The notes under the pieces are model-generated. The model did no database searches. It was given only the letters and a program-made list of their open reading frames with translations, and was not told where the DNA came from. A DNA stretch of 64,000 bases from Octopus sinensis (taxonomy: Eukaryota), in contig NC_043024.1 of NCBI RefSeq assembly GCF_006345805.1, forward strand, positions 4,154,001-4,218,000, written 5' to 3'. The position numbers and the translations under genes are program-made. Every line of letters begins with the position of its first letter. Within the stretch, counting starts at the first letter, position 1. Positions 58,424-64,000 of this stretch are shown here, one piece after another.

Positions 58424-58785
58424 TTTCTATGTAACACTAGAATATCTATTACAGGCTGAGACGTCTCCAAGTGGCACACATGTTGTAGACAAAACGACTT
58501 GTATATCTACGTTAATAATTATGAATAGAGTTAGCTGAAGTTATCTACAATGAAAGCAAAGTGAGAGAGACAACATCTGTAGTTATCTACAATGAAAGCA
58601 AAGTGAGAGAGCCAACATCTGTAACTGACTGGCAGCAGACGTCCTGGTGCAATCGGTATCTTTGACTGGTTGGTTGTAATGGTACGCTGAACACATCTGT
58701 AAAGGAAGAAAATATATGATTGCATAAGATAGATGTTGAAAAGCGGTGACGTGAGTCTGCATAAACATACATATATACACATACA

Positions 58786-59660
58786 GGCGCAGGAGTGGCT
58801 GTGTGGTAAGTAGCTTGCTTACCAACCACATGGTTCCGGGTTCAGTCCCACTGCGTGGCACCTTGGGAAAGTGTCTTCTGCTATAGCCCCGGGCCAACCA
58901 ATGCCTTGTGAGTGGATTTAGTAGACGGAAACTGAAAGAAGCCTGTCATATATATGTATATGTATATATGCGTGTGTGTGAGTGTGCATTTGTGTATGTG
59001 TGTTTGTCCCCCTAGCATTGCTTGACAACCGATGCTGGTGTGTTTACGTCCCCGTCACTTAGCGGTTCGGCAAAAGAGACCGATAGAATAAGTACTGGGC
59101 TTACAAAGAATAAGTCCCGGGGTCGATTTGCTCGAATAGAGGCGGTGCTCCAGCATGGCCACAGTCAAATGATTGTAACAAGTAAAAGAGTAAAAGAGAA
59201 TACATACGTTGGATTGTAAACCACATGTGGTAGAAAAGTTTAAAACGTGTTGTGAAGCTAATATAAATAATACTCTCTTTTACTTGTTTCAGTCATTTGA
59301 CTGCGGCCATGCTGGAGCACCGCCTTTAGTTGAGCAAATCGACCCCGGGACTTATTCTTTGTAAGCCCAGTACTTATTCTATCAGTCTCTTTTGCCAAAC
59401 CGCTAAGTTAACGGGGACGTAAACACACCAGCATCGGTTGTCAAGCAATGCTAGAGGGACAAACACAGACACACACATATATATATATACATATATACAA
59501 CAGGCTTCTTTCAGTTTCTGTCTACCAAATCCACTCACAAGGCATTGGTCAGCCCGGGGCTATAGCAGAAGACACTTGCCCAAGATGCCACGCAGTGGGA
59601 CTGAACCGGGAACCATGTGGTTGGTTAGCAAGCTACTTACCACACAGCCACTCCTGTGCC
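58786..59660. mobile_element. Inverted pair of SINE A copies (58786-59200 +, 59272-59660 -)
   Basis: Tail-to-tail, ~70 bp apart. Confidence 0.9.
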
Positions 59661-59829
59661 TACATAAATTTATAAATTTTTAATTATCATTTTGTATCAA
59701 ATGACACCAAAATCATGTTGTGCTGTCCCCTCTATGTAAACCCTTTATGGGGAATAAAGAATCATGTGTTTACTTCGCAAGTTGTGAAACTTGGGTTTTT
59801 GTGATCATGTGTATGCTGTAGTATGGACA

Positions 59830-60350
59830 GGAACATAGAGCCAACTTGGGAAGTCTGTCACATAGACATTGAGCATTCTTCAGCAAGCTTAGGACAACGA
59901 GGCAATGTGACATACACCAAGGTTTCGAGTGGTATGGGTGCTTAAAAAAACAGAGGAACGTCCCTGGAGGTCTGTCAGTCGAGAGCTCTACTGCGATGTT
60001 TTGAAGCATTTCCAGGTGGACGTTGGGTATGTGGAGCGCGAAGAATTGAATTCTTCATGATGACAATACACCCTGTCACCAAGCTCTCTGCACTCATGAG
60101 CTTCTCGCCAAAAACAACATGGTGTTGCTCCTGCGCCTACCCTATTCGCCAGATGCAGACATCCATCTCTTCACCAAGATGAAAATGCAGCTCAAAGGTC
60201 GTCGTTTTAATTTTGTTACCGAGATCCAGAGTGAATCATAAAAGGTCCTTGATTCGCTTATGGAAAACGACTTCCAGGCCAAATTCCAAAAGTGACTGGA
60301 ATGCTGGGACCGGTGTAATTGCTTCACAAGGTTGCTATTTCGAACGAGTT
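59830..60350 (+). pseudogene. Decayed mariner transposase C-terminus
   Basis: Translates as LHDDNTPCH...LPYSPD...LFTKMKMQLKGRRF...EIQ with stops, matching mariner HDNA / YSPDL / LKGRRF motifs. Confidence 0.85.
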
Positions 60351-60653
60351 TTTTTTAAACTCAAGTAAATATGTGATAAGCTTCTTTCAGTTTCCGTCAA
60401 TTAAATCCACTCACAAGGCTTTGGTCGGCTCAGAACATTAGTAGAAGACACATACCCAAGGTAACACGCAGTGGGACTGAACGCAGAACCGTGTGGTTGA
60501 GAAACAAGCGTTTTACTACACGACCATGTGTGCAGCTATGTAACAAAATAGCACTGCTATATGTAGAAAGAAAATTATTCATTTATCTGTAAATAGATGG
60601 ATATATCCATCTATCTATCTATTTATCTCTCTATACATAAACACATACACACC

Positions 60654-60685
<32 letters not shown>

Positions 60686-61199
60686 ATTATATATATAATT
60701 AAATCCACTCGCAAGGCTTTGGTCGGCTCAGATCATTAGTAGAAGACACATACCCAAGGTAACACGCAGTGGGACTGAACGCAGAACTATGTGGTTGGGA
60801 AGCAAGCTTTTTACCACGCAACCACGTCAGCGCATACGTGTGCGGCTGCATTTTTAGTCTGTATGGAAGCGGGGAAATGTCTGTGATTATATATACGTAT
60901 TTCGAAATGCTGAGTGAAAGCAGTGTTCTTCATACGGTACAAGTCTTGTCAAATTTAAAGGGAGGAATTTGACAAGACAGTCAGTCACCGGCTGACACTC
61001 GCTGACGATACATCGAAGAGGCCAGGGAACAGAAGAAAGAAGAAGAAAGAAGACGTGTACCCAACAGCAGAGCTGAAGACACCTCCGAAAGGGTGGGCCC
61101 CGCCACGTCAAAACGGTAGAGGAGTAGGGGCCGAAACCGGACGTGGTTCCTCCTGATGATGTCTTGAGCAGACCACGAAGCACGGTTGTAATTGTTCCT

Positions 61200-61720
61200 A
61201 TGATTTAAAGAAGATAAAAAGCCAAAGTCCTATTCTACACCCATCCAAATGAGAAAACAAAAGCCATAACCTGGTCATTATGAAGCCAACCAAAAGAAAA
61301 AGAAAAGCTAAATTCCTGAAATTTGGCTTTTAAAGACAAGACAAATGCGACATCAGTCTGATATAATTAATCTACCCGAAACTTACCCCAGGGTGGCCGT
61401 GTCGTTGACAAATTTTTCTCTCGCTTCAATGATTTCTGGTCGCACGAGTCAAATGTCCCTAAACATCATTTGACCCTACGAGAAAGGCAATCAATGGTAT
61501 CGATCCCTTTTCTCCCCTAATATCTCGGCCGATCGGAAATCAAAGAAACGTAAACAAAGTAAACAATTATTGCGGGAAAAAGTGACATTAAACGGTGTCG
61601 ATTTCCAATTAGGAACAGCAAAAAGGGTGAATACAAAAGTCGACATGGCATGCCTGAAAAGAAATCAATTCTTCACAATTGATAAATTGGGCTTTCACCA
61701 GTCAATCTTCGTTGGCGATG
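61200..61720 (-). promoter_or_regulatory. ZNF8 upstream module, donor GGG|GTAAGT at 61386
   Basis: Homologous to the ZNF7 module. Confidence 0.55.
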
Positions 61721-61802
61721 TTACGGTATAAGTACCGGTGTACTTCCGGAAGTACCAGATACATTTCAAAAAAGTGTTGTTTTTTTTTATATATGGGGGT
61801 GT

Positions 61803-62216
61803 CACTCTTTTACTCTTTACTCTTTTACTTGTTTCAGTCATTTGACTGCGGCCATGCAGGAGCACCGCCTTTAGTCGAGCAAATCGGCCCCGGGACTTAT
61901 TCTTTTTGTAAGCCCAGTACTTATTCTATCGGTCTCTTTTTGCCGAACCGCTAAGTTACAGGGACGTAAACACACCAGCATCGGATATCAAGCGATGTTG
62001 GGGGTGGGGGACAAACACAGACACACAAACACACACATATATATATATATTGACATATATACGACGGGCTTCTTTCAGTTTCCGTCTACCAAATCCACTT
62101 TGGTCGGCCCGAGGCTATAATAGAAGACACTTGTCCAAGATGCCACGCAGTGGGACTGAACCCGGAACCATGTGGTTGGTAAACAAGCTACTTACCACAC
62201 AGCCACTCCTGCGCCT
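61803..62216 (-). mobile_element. SINE family A
   Basis: Reverse-complement copy. Confidence 0.9.
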
Positions 62217-62362
62217 ATTTCTTTGTATGTGTTTAATTTCTGATCTACTGGCTGTGAAAAGAGAATTAGGTCTGCCATCCCTTCCACTTATGACTATATC
62301 TCGCCTTTTAAAGATAAAATACATTTCCTAAACAGTATTCCCGTTATTTGCACACTTAATCA

Positions 62363-62733
62363 TGGAAGCACTCCGTTGGTTACGACGATGAGGGTTCCGG
62401 TTGATCTGAATCAACGGAACAGCCTGCTCGTGAAATTAACGTGTAAGTGGCTGAGCACTCCACAGACACGTGCACCCTTAACGTAGTTCTCGGGGATATT
62501 CAGCGTGACACAGAGAGTGACAAGGCCGGCCCTTTGAAATACAGGTACAACAGAAACAGGAAGTAAGAGTGGGAGAAAGTTGTGGTGAAAGAGTACAGCA
62601 GGGATCACCACCATCCCCTGCCGGAGCCACGTGGAACTATAGGTGTTTTCACTCAATAAACACTCACAACGCCCGGTCTGGGAATCGAAACCGCGAGTCC
62701 GCTGCCCAAACCACTGGGCCATTGCGCCTCCAC
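62363..62733 (-). mobile_element. SINE family C with a 37-bp flanking direct repeat
   Basis: 62326-62362 matches 62734-62770 at 36/37. Confidence 0.85.
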
Positions 62734-63185
62734 TCCTAAACAGTATTCCCGTTATTTTCACACTTAATCAACCAAGTACAGAAATCAAGTGGAACAATTC
62801 AAATGGAGTTATTTCCCTGTAGATGACAATGAAATATTTTTTAATGAAAGAAAAAAACATTTTTTAAGCAATAATAAATCTTAGAGCGACTTATAAACAG
62901 TTGCTGCAACACATCGTGGCGTATATTTGCCATTTAAATATGGCTAACCCCTAAGGGTGGATACTACTGTAGTTTGTAGGCAAATATACGTCACAAAACA
63001 TTTTTTGGTTTTCGAAAATCTAACTTTATTCAGTTCTACGTTTGGTAATTACGAGCAACACTCATTAACATCATCCATGTTACCAAAATTCATAACAGTT
63101 TCAGTGGATCTTGATTGTTTGCACGAATCCTGGCTCAGTTAAATCTCTTGTGGCTCCAAATGTCATCTGTAGTGCAACGTTGTAT

Positions 63186-63580
63186 TACTCTTTTACTTGT
63201 TTCAGTCATTTGACTGTGGCTATGCTGGAGCACCGCCTTTTAGCCGAGCAAATCGACCCCAGGACTTATGCTTTGTAAGCCTAGTACTTATTCTCTCGGT
63301 CTCTTTTTGCCGAACCGCTAAGTTACAGGGACGTAAACACACCAGCATAGGTTGTCAAGCGATGTTGGGGGGACAAACACAGACACACAAATATATACAC
63401 ATACATATACATATATATGATGGGCTTCTTTCAGTTTCCGTCTACCAAATCCACTCACAAGGCTTTGGTCTGTCTGAGGCTATAGTAGAAGACACTTGCC
63501 CAAGGTACCACATAGTGGGACTGAACCCGGATCCATGTGGTCGGTAAGCAAGCTACTTACCACACAGCCACTCTTGCACC

Positions 63581-63614
<34 letters not shown>

Positions 63615-64000
63615 TACGACAGGCTTCTTTCAGTTTCCATCTACCAAATCCACTCACAAGGCTTTGGTCGGCCTGAGGCTATAGCAGAAGACACTTGCTC
63701 AAGGTGCCATGCAGTGGGACTGAACCCGGAACCATGTGGTTGGTTAGCAAGCTACTTACCACACAGCCACTCCTACACCTATGTCTTGTCTAATTTTGTT
63801 TTAGAAGCGCTTGGAATCTTGGTCAGTTGAAGACAGCAGTTCTGGAGGTTGGCAGATTGCAGGGAGTTTAACCTTTCCACCACAGCAGCACAATTTTAGA
63901 AATAAAACATATATATATATAGGCGCAGGAGTGGCTGTGTGGTAAGTAGCTTGTTTACCAACCACATGGTTCTGGGTTCAGTCCCAGTGTGGCAACTTGG
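63186..64000. mobile_element. SINE family A cluster (63186-63580 -, head 63610-63778 -, head 63921-64000 +)
   Basis: Family motifs. Confidence 0.85.

Noticed and set aside
61070-61185. CTGAAGA / CTGATGA and GAAA motifs suggesting a hammerhead
   Set aside because: Could not build consistent stems I-III with an NUH triplet

Overview
Eukaryotic, AT-rich, repeat-dense DNA that looks like an octopus (coleoid cephalopod) genome. The identification is inferred from the tRNA-derived SINE families and the tandem C2H2 zinc-finger cluster; it was not checked against a database. The window holds eight paralogous poly-C2H2 zinc-finger genes (ZNF1-8 here), about 8 kb apart, seven on the minus strand and one inverted. 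Each has a single coding exon, 13-16 fingers, a shared N-terminal MEDGNHSDTSNTN motif and no recognisable KRAB/SCAN/BTB/ZAD domain. Each also carries a homologous upstream module with a conserved splice donor; a conserved splice acceptor survives in six copies. Two genes have single-base frameshifts: one hides five extra fingers, the other detaches the N-terminus. These may be real or long-read errors. The intergenic and intronic space holds at least five SINE families, CR1 and RTE LINE 3' ends (often tandem), mariner/Tc1, hAT and piggyBac remnants, five GG...CC MITE families with 8-9 bp TSDs, Penelope-like fragments with minimal hammerhead ribozyme motifs, palindromes and a 123-bp satellite. 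The best leads are the conserved-cassette versus variable-finger architecture, a retrotransposon insertion hotspot just upstream of the ZNF start codons, a tRNA-head plus hammerhead (Sm-alpha-like) element, and hairpin elements landing in ZNF 3' regions. Repeat boundaries are read by eye and are approximate unless a TSD is quoted.
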